A DNA stretch of 63,329 bases, the filler included, from Stramenopiles sp. TOSAG23-6 (Eukaryota), in the NCBI GenBank assembly GCA_900128565.1. It is 28 parts of 28 records of this genome, joined end to end, with 100 filler letters (N's around TTAATTAATTAA, not from the genome) between each part and the next. Parts side by side here need not be neighbours in the genome. Positions count along the whole stretch, not along the records: positions 49,898 to 52,054 come from LT638263.1; positions 52,155 to 54,311 come from LT638264.1; positions 54,412 to 56,566 come from LT638265.1; positions 56,667 to 58,821 come from LT638266.1; positions 58,922 to 61,076 come from LT638267.1; positions 61,177 to 63,329 come from LT638268.1; 22 more parts are not named here. The stretch is one strand, 5' to 3'. Numbering within the stretch: the first letter of the stretch is position 1; each line of letters begins with the position of its first letter. This document shows, piece after piece, positions 50,350-61,697 of this stretch. The notes beneath the pieces were generated by a model, which had not been told where the DNA came from, ran no database searches, and worked only from the letters and a program-made list of their open reading frames with translations. Made by a program: the position numbers and the translations under genes.

Positions 50350-51033
50350 TATTCTCTTACCTCGAAGCCTCGTTCAGTGTATTGATACTAGTTGCCAAGT
50401 TGGTGTTAATACAGACTGTGTGTATACACCAGGTATTAGCTAAAGTAGCAAGCTAGCTAGGAATATTCAGTAGTAGTACTCTACTGCGTACCGCTCTACT
50501 GCAATCAGTGAGCTTTATTAGAAGCAAGCACGTGCCGGCGATTTTCCCAAGTCGGTCAAATTCGAACGTTTGTTAACCGTTTGTCTGTTGACAGCTCATT
50601 ATTACGTGTTCTTATGCCTTGTCAGGTATTCTTAATCATACGCTTTGAACATTCTTTTTGTTTCAATTCTATTGGAGTTGGCCCGCCAGGAAATAGTGGC
50701 ATTGCCGGTTTAATTTGAACTTCAGTAGTCCCTATTTGAACTGCATGCTTTTCTGCTTGAACTATTTCATCTTTTGGTTCACCTTCAACTTCCATTTTTG
50801 CTATTGTTGTGTTTCTGTCATTCACTATCCAGTGCGTGTCTTGAGCACTAGCTACGTATGTAATATATAGTGTAAGTACCGGTACGACTAGCTACTTTCG
50901 TAGGACTACGACTATTAGTAGCTACTACTAGTGTCTTGTAACGTACTCCTAACAGTTACAAACAAACCAACGGATTTTCTTCTGAAAGGTCCTACACAGT
51001 AGCTATTTCATTCTATAACCCAAGGCATTCCAA

Positions 51034-51456
51034 ATGTATTTGTTTAGGCACAATTCCATATTTTTTTTCTGTTTGGTCGTTTTAGTAAATACTAACAACT
51101 ATTTAGTCCACGTTAATGCTCAATATGGTAACCCCGTGCCTACAGAATCTGAAATGTTGTGTCGAAAATCACAGATGTTACCCATTCCAGTTGATGCTCA
51201 AACATGTACGCAATGGTGTAATGATAATAGACCAGATCTACCCGTCGTGTCTTGGAAGCGTCAAAATGAAGAATTATATTGTTGTGCGTGTAGTTCGGTA
51301 GGTTTCACTGGGGAATATTGTAGTGATGAGATGCGGTGCGTGGCTGGGTATGGCCTCTGCTGTGCAAATAATGCTAGTAAAGGTTCCACTGTTGTTGTTA
51401 GTGTTGTCGTTTTATTTGCATCTCTTGTTTTTTTAGAATTCATGCTTATACAATAA
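51034..51456 (+). CDS. Small secreted Cys-rich protein with C-terminal hydrophobic (TM/GPI-like) tail
   Basis: Signal peptide, multiple Cys, hydrophobic C-terminus. Confidence 0.6.
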   Translation: MYLFRHNSIFFFCLVVLVNTNNYLVHVNAQYGNPVPTESEMLCRKSQMLPIPVDAQTCTQWCNDNRPDLPVVSWKRQNEELYCCACSSVGFTGEYCSDEMRCVAGYGLCCANNASKGSTVVVSVVVLFASLVFLEFMLIQ

Positions 51457-51602
51457 TATTGTGTTTGATCACGATAAAACATAAATAAATTTTTAGTTAG
51501 TTAAAGTGTAAAATCATGCGTTGTTGTGATTGTTTTCGTTTTGGTTTAAAAAAATCCTACGTAGAAAAAGTACAAAATTTGTACAAAATAAAATTAAAAG
51601 AT

Positions 51603-52000
51603 TTATTCATACTTTTGAGAAACAAAAAATGAGCATCGTTTTTCACCTCGATTGCATAAAAGGGAGTGCACTGTTCGAAATATCTGTAAACTACATACAA
51701 CGTTTTCATCTGTCAATGCATTCTCATTATACATGTATTTTGGAAAAATATTTGAAAAAAAAAACCTTAAATTTGTTAGGTACAAAATTTCGTATGAAAA
51801 AAAATTCGATTTTTTTGTTAAAAAAAAAAATAAAACATACATATGATTACCACTATTTGTAGTTGAATTCTCCTTCAATACTGTTTGCAGCTTTGACATT
51901 AATATTTTCCCGACAAGTAATTCTTCAATAATTTCAGAAATAATGGTTTCTCTACACTGCTGACGATACGTCAAATGAACTTTTTCGTCACCATGAATAC
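51603..52000 (-). CDS. 3' exons of an unknown protein; intron 51733-51840
   Basis: cat at|GTATGT...AATACAT|g tat keeps frame; a second family copy lies at the contig end. Confidence 0.5.
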
Positions 52001-52154
52001 ATGTATTTTGGAAAAATATTTCAAAAAAAAATCGTTAGGTACAAAATTTCGTACNNNNNNNNNNNNNNNNNNNNNNNNNNNNNNNNNNNNNNNNNNNNTT
52101 AATTAATTAANNNNNNNNNNNNNNNNNNNNNNNNNNNNNNNNNNNNNNNNNNNN

Positions 52155-52518
52155 ACGGGTACAACGAATTAAAGTCAAGCAACAGAACGAATTTGTCGTA
52201 AAGACCCTTTTTTGGCTCTTTGTTATGCTGAATGGCTTCGTGCACACTTTCATGTACGCGTACTACACGGCCACGCTTATGGGAGTTAAGCTACCGGGAA
52301 AACGCTTTCTTACGATGGGGCAGCTCATCCAATTCTTTGTAGGCTTCGGCATGTATTGGCAGTACAGGGGCATTAAGCAATGCCACCGGGGCCCACGCCT
52401 TGTGACATTTTGGTACACGTACGGTTACGTAGGATTGCTTGTCTGCCTCTTCGCAAATTTCTATGCCAAGTCCTATTTGAAAAAACGGAGTGGAGCGAAG
52501 ACTGTCAAGGCCAACTAA
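52155..52518 (+). CDS. ELO/GNS1/SUR4 fatty-acid elongase, C-terminal part
   Basis: LNGFVHTFMYAYY, T..QLIQF, LFANFY..SY. Confidence 0.85.
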
Positions 52519-52881
52519 TTAATTTATTATTATTAGAATATGGAATTATATACTTATATATTTTGTTATTGCCAGTCACTAGTACAGTCGTCTACGAGTA
52601 GTACGAGGCGTAATCATCAATCTCAAATCTCAGAAACAAAATAATTATTTGCTGCTCTAATAAAACAGTAATTTTAAAAAAAGAAGAAGTCTTGCGGTGC
52701 AATGCGTATCTTAAAAGGTGCATACCAAGTCAAGAAGTACAGGCAGGAGGAATAGTACTATATATCATTATTCTATATCTATTCAAATGGCATCCCAAAG
52801 TAGACACAACACAACAGCCAATTTTTTGTTTTTACATTATACATTTTAAGAATATCTTAAATAACAGCCAATTTTCTTGTT

Positions 52882-54311
52882 TTAAGAATATCTTAAAACA
52901 CGCTCGGTCCACGCAGTGGTAATGTCATTGTCCAGACGGATGCGCTCAAATTCCTCTTTTTTCGCAAAAATAGTCATCAACTTCCATCCACATTGTTCAC
53001 AGTTACAAACATCTTCAATGGTTAGGCCGTGCAAGTCCTTCGGGGTACCTTTAGGCGCACCAATGCACACACCCAGACGCCCGCGTTGTTTGTTCCCCAA
53101 TAGTGCTAATTCGTACTTATTTGTGGTTCCGTCCTCATCTTCATCTGGATTATACGATTTCCAACCATCCCCGGTTCCTTTTTTCCCACAACCGAAATTT
53201 GAATTATCCCGGACTTTTCTGCTCAGCGTTTTGATTTCTTCATCCATTTTTTTAATAGCTTCCTTGCCGCACTTTATTTGTACAGGATTTCCATCTTCAT
53301 CTCGCATTTTATAGAAGCTGAGCTTCTTTAATTGACTCTTTGCTCTCGCCATTTGTACAGCATTAACCAGTTTTGACTTTTTTGAATTTGCTACTAACAT
53401 GGCCATCCCTCGCCATTTTTTCTCCAAAAACTGGTAGCACCGCGTCTTTTTATACTTCGCTGCTTCAAATTCGTTGCGGTATTCCTCTCTCGTCTTCAGA
53501 CATTTGCCGCCACTTCGTGGTTTAACATTTTCATGCTCGGTACAAAATTCACCGTCGCAATAATTAGAACAACAGGTTTTGTCTTTACCGGCACCTGGTT
53601 TCCGTACAACTTCGAAGAAATGTTCATCTTTAAGATTGGGAGCCCGTTCGTCTAAATTAAGAATTAACGCCTTCCGCAAAGAAGACGAATCCCACTTGTT
53701 GGTTAATTTCACCTCTTCTCCGACTTGTACATATTTGGCTAGTTTTCCAAACGTGCATGCACGCGAAACTTTTTTTGTAAATTTGACTTTGAAGTGGCCA
53801 TTTGTATAGCCGTTGCAATTTGTGAAACAAAGCATATAATTCTCCGCTTTGCCACATGCATCTTTTCTCACGCCACCATGCCAACCATTTCCGAGCTTGC
53901 GTTCGATCCAGTACTCTCTTTCCTTGCGATNNNNNNNNNNNNNNNNNNNNNNNNNNNNNNNNNNNNNNNNNNNNNNNNNNNNNNNGCGTACCCATGTAAA
54001 ATCCAGCTTCCCATAATGATCATCAGCAGAGGGGCTCTCGTCTTCGATCATATCATTTACGTATTTCGCTCGTACCTTGCAAATAATATCATTGTCTGGT
54101 TTCAAATGTATATAAATATCGTGAAATGCTGGCATTCGTGTTTGGATGCACATGCTGTGGGTCCGTTTACCTTCTATATCAATTACTGTAAACGGTTTAG
54201 TCCACTCGTTCCAAGGATGGCTGATTTCCCCCGACCAGGGCCTGGACCCGTACCAAGTGCCGACATCCTCGACATCCTCTGGTTGTTCGCCCTGAATCCT
54301 CCATCGATAGA
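52882..54311 (-). CDS. Unknown Cys/Lys-rich protein, 5' partial
   Basis: ORF over 420 aa across an N gap; no family recognised. Confidence 0.5.
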
Positions 54312-54411
54312 NNNNNNNNNNNNNNNNNNNNNNNNNNNNNNNNNNNNNNNNNNNNTTAATTAATTAANNNNNNNNNNNNNNNNNNNNNNNNNNNNNNNNN
54401 NNNNNNNNNNN

Positions 54412-55388
54412 TATCAAAAACCAATACAGAAAAATCAGTATCAAAAACCAATACAGAAAAATCAGTCTCAAATATTGCGAAAGAATTACGTATTGTGAAA
54501 CAAAATCTTGAATCAGCAATTGTAAAGAGAGATTTCATTTTATGTGCCAAACTTGATAAAGAAATAAAATCTTTGGAAGAATCCCAAAAAGAATTTGAAA
54601 GATTAGAAAAATTGAAGTATGAAAAAGTTCAGTTGAGAAGAGAGAGAGAAAAGAAACTTCAGATGGAAAAGGAAGCTAATGCAGCAAAGGCAAGAGCTTT
54701 AGAAAAAGAAAAAGATTTACAAATTGCAAAAGATGAGATCAAATCTTTAGAAGATAAGATTAAATTAGCTATTGTGAATAGAAATTTTACCCAATGTGCT
54801 GAATATGATGCCCAAATTAAAGAATTAAAATCTTTTATAGATTCACAAATGGTACTTGATGATGTGCTAAAAGATAATCACAAGAGAAAATTAAATGTTT
54901 GCGAAAATACAGATAGAAAACGTGCTAAAACAAATAGTGATGAAAATGATGAAAGTAGTGATGAAAATGATGAAAGTAGTGATGAAAATGATGAAAGTNA
55001 TGATGAAAATGATGAAAGTTNTGATGAAAATGATGAAAGTAGTGATGAAAATGATGAAAATGAAGCTACTGTGTATTCATCCCCTATCATAAAAAAATCT
55101 AGTCATGACGTCACACATAAAAAGGAAAACAAATCTTTGACATCGAAATGTTTTATGAAATGTGGATTTTATGGACAAAAACTTATTCTTCTCCCAAAAA
55201 ATCCTTCAGGATATTTTGGCATTCATTTCCATGAAAAATCAAAAAAATGGAATGTTCGACTGGAACATCAAGGTCGTTATTATAATGGTGGTAGATTTCC
55301 AACTGAAGAACAAGCAGCAAGAGCTCATGATGCTTTAGCCCTTCGATTAGGGTTTAAAGTTCCTTTGAATTCAGAAAAAAAAATCTGA
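54412..55388 (+). CDS. AP2-domain protein with two UVR-like helical repeats and an acidic (DENDESS)n tract, 5' partial
   Basis: SGYFGIHF...KW...G.F.TEEQAARAHD.LAL...PLN; AIV.R.F..CA twice; 21-bp tandem repeat ~54935-55063. Confidence 0.75.
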
Positions 55389-55843
55389 AATACCTTCGAT
55401 TAGGGTTTAAACTTTAAAGTTCCTTTGAATTCAGAAAAAAAAANCTGAAATAAATTTGTAAAATAAAATTTGCAAAGTGAAATAATTCTATATTTTGATG
55501 CACAAAATTCTATACTATTCTATTATCTATTATCTATTATCTCTAAATTAATGAGTGCAAACCTCTTTTTAATGACATTGTTAGAGGCTTTTATTTATTG
55601 ACTAATTTCGAAATTTGTAATTTTGAGGATAAATTAGAAATTCAAACTCATCTGATTGATTTGAGATTTCAAATGAAAATTTAAAATTATTTTTTTTGAT
55701 TGATGATTTAGATTTGATATGAGATTCTCTCGAGATAAAAAAAAACCTTGAAGTTGAACTTCTTTCTGATCTGGAACCACTTATTACTTTACTTGATTGA
55801 TCCATTCAATTCGCTGTACCTATTGATCTCACATTTAAAAACA

Positions 55844-56513
55844 ATGGATACTTTCGAAGTGGGAACAAAAGTAATTGTTCGCGGAAAACAGACAGGTACT
55901 ATTCGATTTTATGGTCAAGTGCATTACGCAAAGGGTGATTGGGTTGGTGTAGAGCTTGATACTCCAGACGGTAAAAATAATGGTTCCATAAAAGGCCAGG
56001 AATATTTTTCTTGTCCTAATCGACATGGCTTAATGGTTCGAACGTATGATGTAAAGCCAGCCCTTCCAGAAGGGCAGACTTCAGCTGACGAACGCAAGCT
56101 AGGTAACGTATGCTTTAAAGCAAAGGATTATGACGGTGCGTTAGATCACTATTCAAACAGTATACTGCTAGCGACTACTGACGAAGACCTCCTCCCCGCA
56201 TTGAGTAACAGAGCTGCTGTACATTTGTATGATGAATCATACAAATCTGCATTGAAGGATTGTGACGCAGCTCTACAAATTGATAGTCAACATGTACGTT
56301 GTCATCATTTTTAGTACATCATTTTTAAATATTGTACCCTGCATATGAAATTTCAATTTGTTTTCCTACACATATGAAATTTCAATTTTTTTTCTAACCA
56401 ATTTTGAATGTAACATTTATTTCTTTAGAATACAGGTCAAGGCTACTTTTCGACGAGCAAAGGCCTTAAAAAATTTAGGTCGTCATCACCAAGCAAAAGA
56501 CGCTTTCAAGCAT
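55844..56513 (+). CDS. CAP-Gly + TPR protein, 3' partial; GT-AG intron 56294-56435
   Basis: WVGVELDTPDGKNNGS..G..YF.C...HGL; LGN..FK...Y, SNRAA, H|VKATFRRAKA. Confidence 0.85.
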
Positions 56514-56899
56514 GTTTTATATGAATTTCTAATTTAATTTTTTTTTTCATACGAAATTTCGTACCTNNNNNNNNNNNNNNNNNNNNNNNNNNNNNNNNNN
56601 NNNNNNNNNNTTAATTAATTAANNNNNNNNNNNNNNNNNNNNNNNNNNNNNNNNNNNNNNNNNNNNTAATTTTTTTGTTAGGTACAAAATTTTTATAAAA
56701 AACCAAAAAAAAAAAAAAATTAAAATTTAAAAAAAAAAAAAAAAAATTAAAATTTAAAAAAAAAAAAAAAAATTTAAAATTTAAAAAAAAAAAAAAAAAT
56801 TTGAAAAAAAATTTTAAAATTTTTTAGGTAAAAAATTTTGTTTGAAAACCAAAAAAAAAAAAAAAAAAAATTTATGGAAAAAAAAATAAAAAAACATAC

Positions 56900-58713
56900 G
56901 AGGTCGTTTCTTCTTTTTTTGCGTGTGTTTTACGTGTGTTTTTGATTCTACACTATTTTTTTCAGATGTTTCGGATTTCGTGTCATTTCCAGTTTTTTTT
57001 TTGATTGTTTTGGTTGTATCAATTATACGTAATAATTTTGTAACAACTATACCTATATTGAAAAAAAATATTTCAAAAAATTTTGTTAGGTACAAAATTT
57101 TTATAAAAAACCAAAAAAAAACAAATTTCGAAATTGAGAAAAAAAAAAGTTGTTAGGTACGAAATTTCGTACGAAAAAAAAACTAGATTTAAAAAAAAAA
57201 AAAAAAAAAAACATACTTTCATCAAGAGATTGCATGTGTAAAGAAAATTCTTGACCAGCAATGAGAGGCACAGATAATAAGGGTAAGGTCCTTAATTTTG
57301 CTCTAAATTTTGTCACAGCCAACACAGGATCATGTTTTGTGTAGTAGGGTTAGGGTTAGGTTTTTTTTCTTTGTTAGGTTTGAAATTTTTATAAAAAACG
57401 TTTAAAAAAAAACTTTATAAAAAATTTAAAATTTTTTTTTTTTTTTTTTTTTTAAATTTTTAAAAATTAAAAAAAAAAAATGAAAACAGTAAACATACAT
57501 GGATACTACATAAAATTGAACCAATGGATAACATTGACGCATCAACATCAGTTAAAGTGACTTCTACATTATCTCCAGCTCCAGCTATTTCACCACGTGA
57601 GCCATAAATTGTATAAATATATTTAAAAAAAAAAATGTTTAGGTACAAAATTTCGTATGAAAACCAAAAAAAAAAAAAAAAATTGAAATCTGAAATATAT
57701 TTAAAAAAAAAATTTGTTTTTTGGTTAGGTACAAAATTTCGTATGAAAAAAAAAAAAAAAAAAAAAAATTGAAATCTGAAACATACATCATCATACACAA
57801 TATGTTTCACAGTTGCTTGTTGCCCCAATGGCATAATAAGAACATCATCTCCGGGGGCTATAGAGCCCGATTCAATTTTACCTGCAGCACAGACATATTT
57901 ACCACTTGAAAACATATTGGCAACACACATTCTAAGTGGTGCATGTATTTTGGAAAAATATTCAAAAAAAAAAAAAAAAAAATTAGTTTTTTTAGTTTTT
58001 TTAGTTTTTTTAGTTTTTTTAGGTTTTTAGGTACAAAATTTTTATAAAAAAAAAAAAAAAAAAATCGAATTTGAAAAAAAAATTTGAAAAAAAAAAAAAC
58101 ATACATCATCTAATCGTGTAGTCGCTTCAAATGCGTCAATAGATTCAAGCAGCGTTGGTCCTTTGTACCAATTCCCCGGGTGTTGAAGTTCATCAGCATC
58201 ATCGTTTAATACATATTCATCTAACTGAACAGTATTACCGGGTAATGTACCATTAAAATGTTCTGGGATTTCGGAGGATAATGTTTTTTGGAAAAATATT
58301 TGAAAAAAAAATCTAAAAAAATTTGTTAGGTACAAAATTTCGTACGAAAAAAAAATTCAAAAAAAATTGAGAAAAAAAAAAATTACATGCACTCATACCA
58401 TCGCCAGTAGTAGAATTATTTTTTGTATTTTTTGAATTTTTTGTATTTTTTGAATTTTTTGTATTTTTTAGTGTTTGTGCAGTATCAAAAGTATTGACTA
58501 AATTTGTACCTAACAACCCAGATACTGGAACAAAGCTGTATTTTGTAAAACCTTGTTTTTGTAAATATTTTTTTAATTGTTTTGAAATATTTGTAAATCT
58601 TTTTTTATCCCAATTTACACAATCCATTTTATTAATTACAACAACCAACTGAGTAACTCCTAATGCTCGAATAAGAATAATATGTTCTTGGGTTTGACCT
58701 TCTAAACAAAATC
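56900..58713 (-). CDS. HBS1/eRF3-like translational GTPase, internal part; introns 58281-58386, 57943-58104, 57604-57786, 57332-57498, 57053-57216
   Basis: GQTQEH.ILIRALGV.QLVVVINKMD, VPVSGL.G.N, WYKGPTLLE.ID, D|APLRM, GKIESG, AGAGDNV. Confidence 0.85.
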
Positions 58714-58921
58714 ATTTTTTTTGTGAAAATATTTCAAAAAAAAAAAAATTTAATATTTTTTTTTTAAATATGTTTGATATTCAAAAAAAAAAAAAAAAAA
58801 AAAAAAAAGTTTTTTTCAAAANNNNNNNNNNNNNNNNNNNNNNNNNNNNNNNNNNNNNNNNNNNNTTAATTAATTAANNNNNNNNNNNNNNNNNNNNNNN
58901 NNNNNNNNNNNNNNNNNNNNN

Positions 58922-59911
58922 ATGAGTATGGTCGTGCATTGGATTCTCTAATTAAATCATGTTCTGACATTCTCTGTGTGCGAAATGTTGAAGCTGATGA
59001 CTTTGAAGTATTTCTTGGTTGTCGAAATGTAGAACCTCAACCTGACTTTTGGTTCATTGGAGGAAGAAATCGACCAGGTGACACGACTGTCGAAGGTGCA
59101 GTGAAAAACATAAAACGTGAGTTGAATATAGATATAGAACCACATCGTTTCAGTGTTCTTTGTAATTTTTCATTGTTATGGTCAAGACGATCACAAGAAC
59201 CAAAAGAAAATGGAACAGCAGACATTTCTACAATTCATGTTGTACAGTTAAACGAAAAAGAAGTTAAAAGTATTTCTCTTGATCAAAAGGAGTATTCAAA
59301 AGCACAGTGGTTTTTATGGAAAGATGTGTTATATGGTGACTTTCATCCTGCTTTACAGTGTGCAATTCTTTATTTTAAATGTAGACAAGTGTATGGTTTA
59401 TTTTTTCCACATCTACATAATTTTTTTTCGTACGGAATTTTGTACCTAACAAAAAAATGTACAAAAAAAAATATTTTTTCAAAAAACATGTATTTAAAAA
59501 TGAAAAATTTGATTCAATCCAAAAAAAGTAAGTTTTCTTTTTTTGTTTCCTTCCTACTTTGTAGTAAAATATTTTGATTTTGTTTTCCCCTATCATTTGA
59601 ATATCCATTTGAATATCCATTTGAATGTCCATTTGAATATCCATTTGAATGTCTCATTTCATACCAAACCAACCATAAACGATGTAGTGTTCTACGCATC
59701 TTTGGATTCCGTACCAATTTTTCATACCTAAAAAAATAATATATGTTTTTACAATAAATGTCCAGAAGAAATTTCACTTTGTGCTAGTGATTTTGTTACG
59801 TATCAAAATTTATCTGAACAATACAAAATTACAAAAGTATTTTTTGAAGATGGAAAATATAAATATATCAAAGGTAAAAAGTTTTCTGACTTTCATACAT
59901 CTGTGGGTTAG
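58922..59911 (+). CDS. Nudix hydrolase, 5' partial; introns 59391-59489 and ~59528-59759
   Basis: R.VEPQPDFWFIGGR.RPG....A...I.REL Nudix-like box. Confidence 0.75.
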
Positions 59912-60125
59912 GGTTAGGGTCTCAAAAAAAATACTCTTTTTATAATCTAATCAAGTTACTAGTCTATTATATAAAATATTTCAAAATTTATTTTATCCAA
60001 CAACAAAAACACAATATATTCGTATATATTCTATATACGATCGATGTTTTTGTAACTTTTTTTTTTATATTCGTCTATATTCTATATACAATCGATGTTT
60101 TTGTAACTTTTTTTTTTATGTTCGT

Positions 60126-61076
60126 CTATATTCTATACGAACGATGTTTTTGTAACTTTGACAATGTATATTTTCCTTTAGACATTGAATAATTATGAGT
60201 AGTGTCATCATNNNNNNNNNNNNNNNNNNNNNNAATTGTAGATGGAGAATTTGTCCTTGCTATTAAATTTCTATTTCCCGTTCCTCCGTCTCGTGGATTT
60301 TCTCTATCTTTATTGCGATGTTTTTCCTTTCTACGTTTTGTTTTATGCCGCCGTGTGAAGTTAAATTGACTAGAATTCATAGAAGATAAATGCCCATTTG
60401 AATTTCCACCATTTCGATTCGTAAAATTTGTCCTGTTAATCGATGATGACATATTTCCATAACTATTAGAATGAACCATCTTTGGTAAAATACTTTTTTG
60501 CTTTTCTCGTGTCGTATACGTGGAATATTTTCCAGAGTTATAGGATGAATTATGATAATGACTTCTACGTGTTGTTAATTTAAGGCTATCTGCCTGGATA
60601 TCACTTGATATATTNNNNNNNNNNNNNNNNNNNNNNNNNNNNNNNNNNNNNNNNNNNNNNNNNNNNNNNNNNNNNNNNNNNNNNNNNNNNNNNNNNNNNN
60701 NNNNNNNNNNNNNNNNNNNNNNNNNNNNNNNNNNNNNNNNNNNNNNNNNNNNNNNNNNNNNNNNNNNNNNNNNNNNNNNNNNNNNNNNNNCCTTTTTTTT
60801 CTCTGTAGAATAATTTGTACTATCGTTACCATCATCTGTACGACTATTATCAACGGCTGAATGTGATGATGGCACAACTTTACGATGTTTTGACTTTTCG
60901 TGTATTGTTTTATCACGATGTCTATGTCTATGTCGTCTTTCTTTCTTTGAACGATGACTACTTTGACCTTCTGTTCCTGTGGTAGGCATTCCCCTATGAA
61001 CTAATCGTACAGCCTCTCGTAATTCACGAAACCAAGGGTGACGCAACGCTTGCCGTGCGGATAATCGATTGTCTGG
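60126..61076 (-). CDS. Protein kinase C-terminal end plus disordered tail (CMGC/MOK-like), 5' partial
   Basis: PDNRLSARQALRHPWFRELRE matches kinase subdomain XI. Confidence 0.65.
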   Translation of the reverse strand, partial: PDNRLSARQALRHPWFRELREAVRLVHRGMPTTGTEGQSSHRSKKERRHRHRHRDKTIHEKSKHRKVVPSSHSAVDNSRTDDGNDSTNYSTEKKKXXXXXXXXXXXXXXXXXXXXXXXXXXXXXXXXXXXXXXXXXXXXXXXXXXXXXXXXXXXNISSDIQADSLKLTTRRSHYHNSSYNSGKYSTYTTREKQKSILPKMVHSNSYGNMSSSINRTNFTNRNGGNSNGHLSSMNSSQFNFTRRHKTKRRKEKHRNKDRENPRDGGTGNRNLIARTNSPSTIXXXXXXXXDDTTHNYSMSKGKYTLSKLQKHRSYRI

Positions 61077-61198
61077 NNNNNNNNNNNNNNNNNNNNNNNN
61101 NNNNNNNNNNNNNNNNNNNNTTAATTAATTAANNNNNNNNNNNNNNNNNNNNNNNNNNNNNNNNNNNNNNNNNNNNAATTTTGTATGTAATAAAATAT

Positions 61199-61242
<44 letters not shown>

Positions 61243-61302
61243 GTAGATAATTTCGTACCTAACAAACAAATTGTAGCAAAAAAATTTCTTTTTGAAATAC
61301 AT

Positions 61303-61618
61303 GGTCAAAGAAATGGTCTTGATGGGATTGTAACAATACCAAAATCTGTCACAGCGTCAAGAATCCTTCAAAATGCAAGTTGTGTGGATGTGTGTTTTTC
61401 ATCATGAATTTCAAATTTTGAAATTTTTTTTTTTGAAATTTTTTTTTTCGTACGAAATTTTGTACCTAACAATTTTTTTTTGGAATTTTTTTTCAGAATT
61501 ACAGGAGGGTTGGTCGATCCCACAAGAAATGATGGATACATTATCTAAAGCTGATGTTGGTTTTAAAGCCTCAGGTTCTGTGAATGACATGAAAATTCCA
61601 TGGACAACAATAAAATAA
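61303..61618 (+). CDS. Aldo-keto reductase, C-terminal exons; GT-AG intron 61390-61504
   Basis: VTIPKSVT.SRI.QN motif. Confidence 0.75.
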
Positions 61619-61697
61619 ATTTTTAAATAAAAAAATTTATTTTTAATTTTTTTTTTTATAAATTTTTTTGACCGAATTTCGTACCTAGAGAATATAA

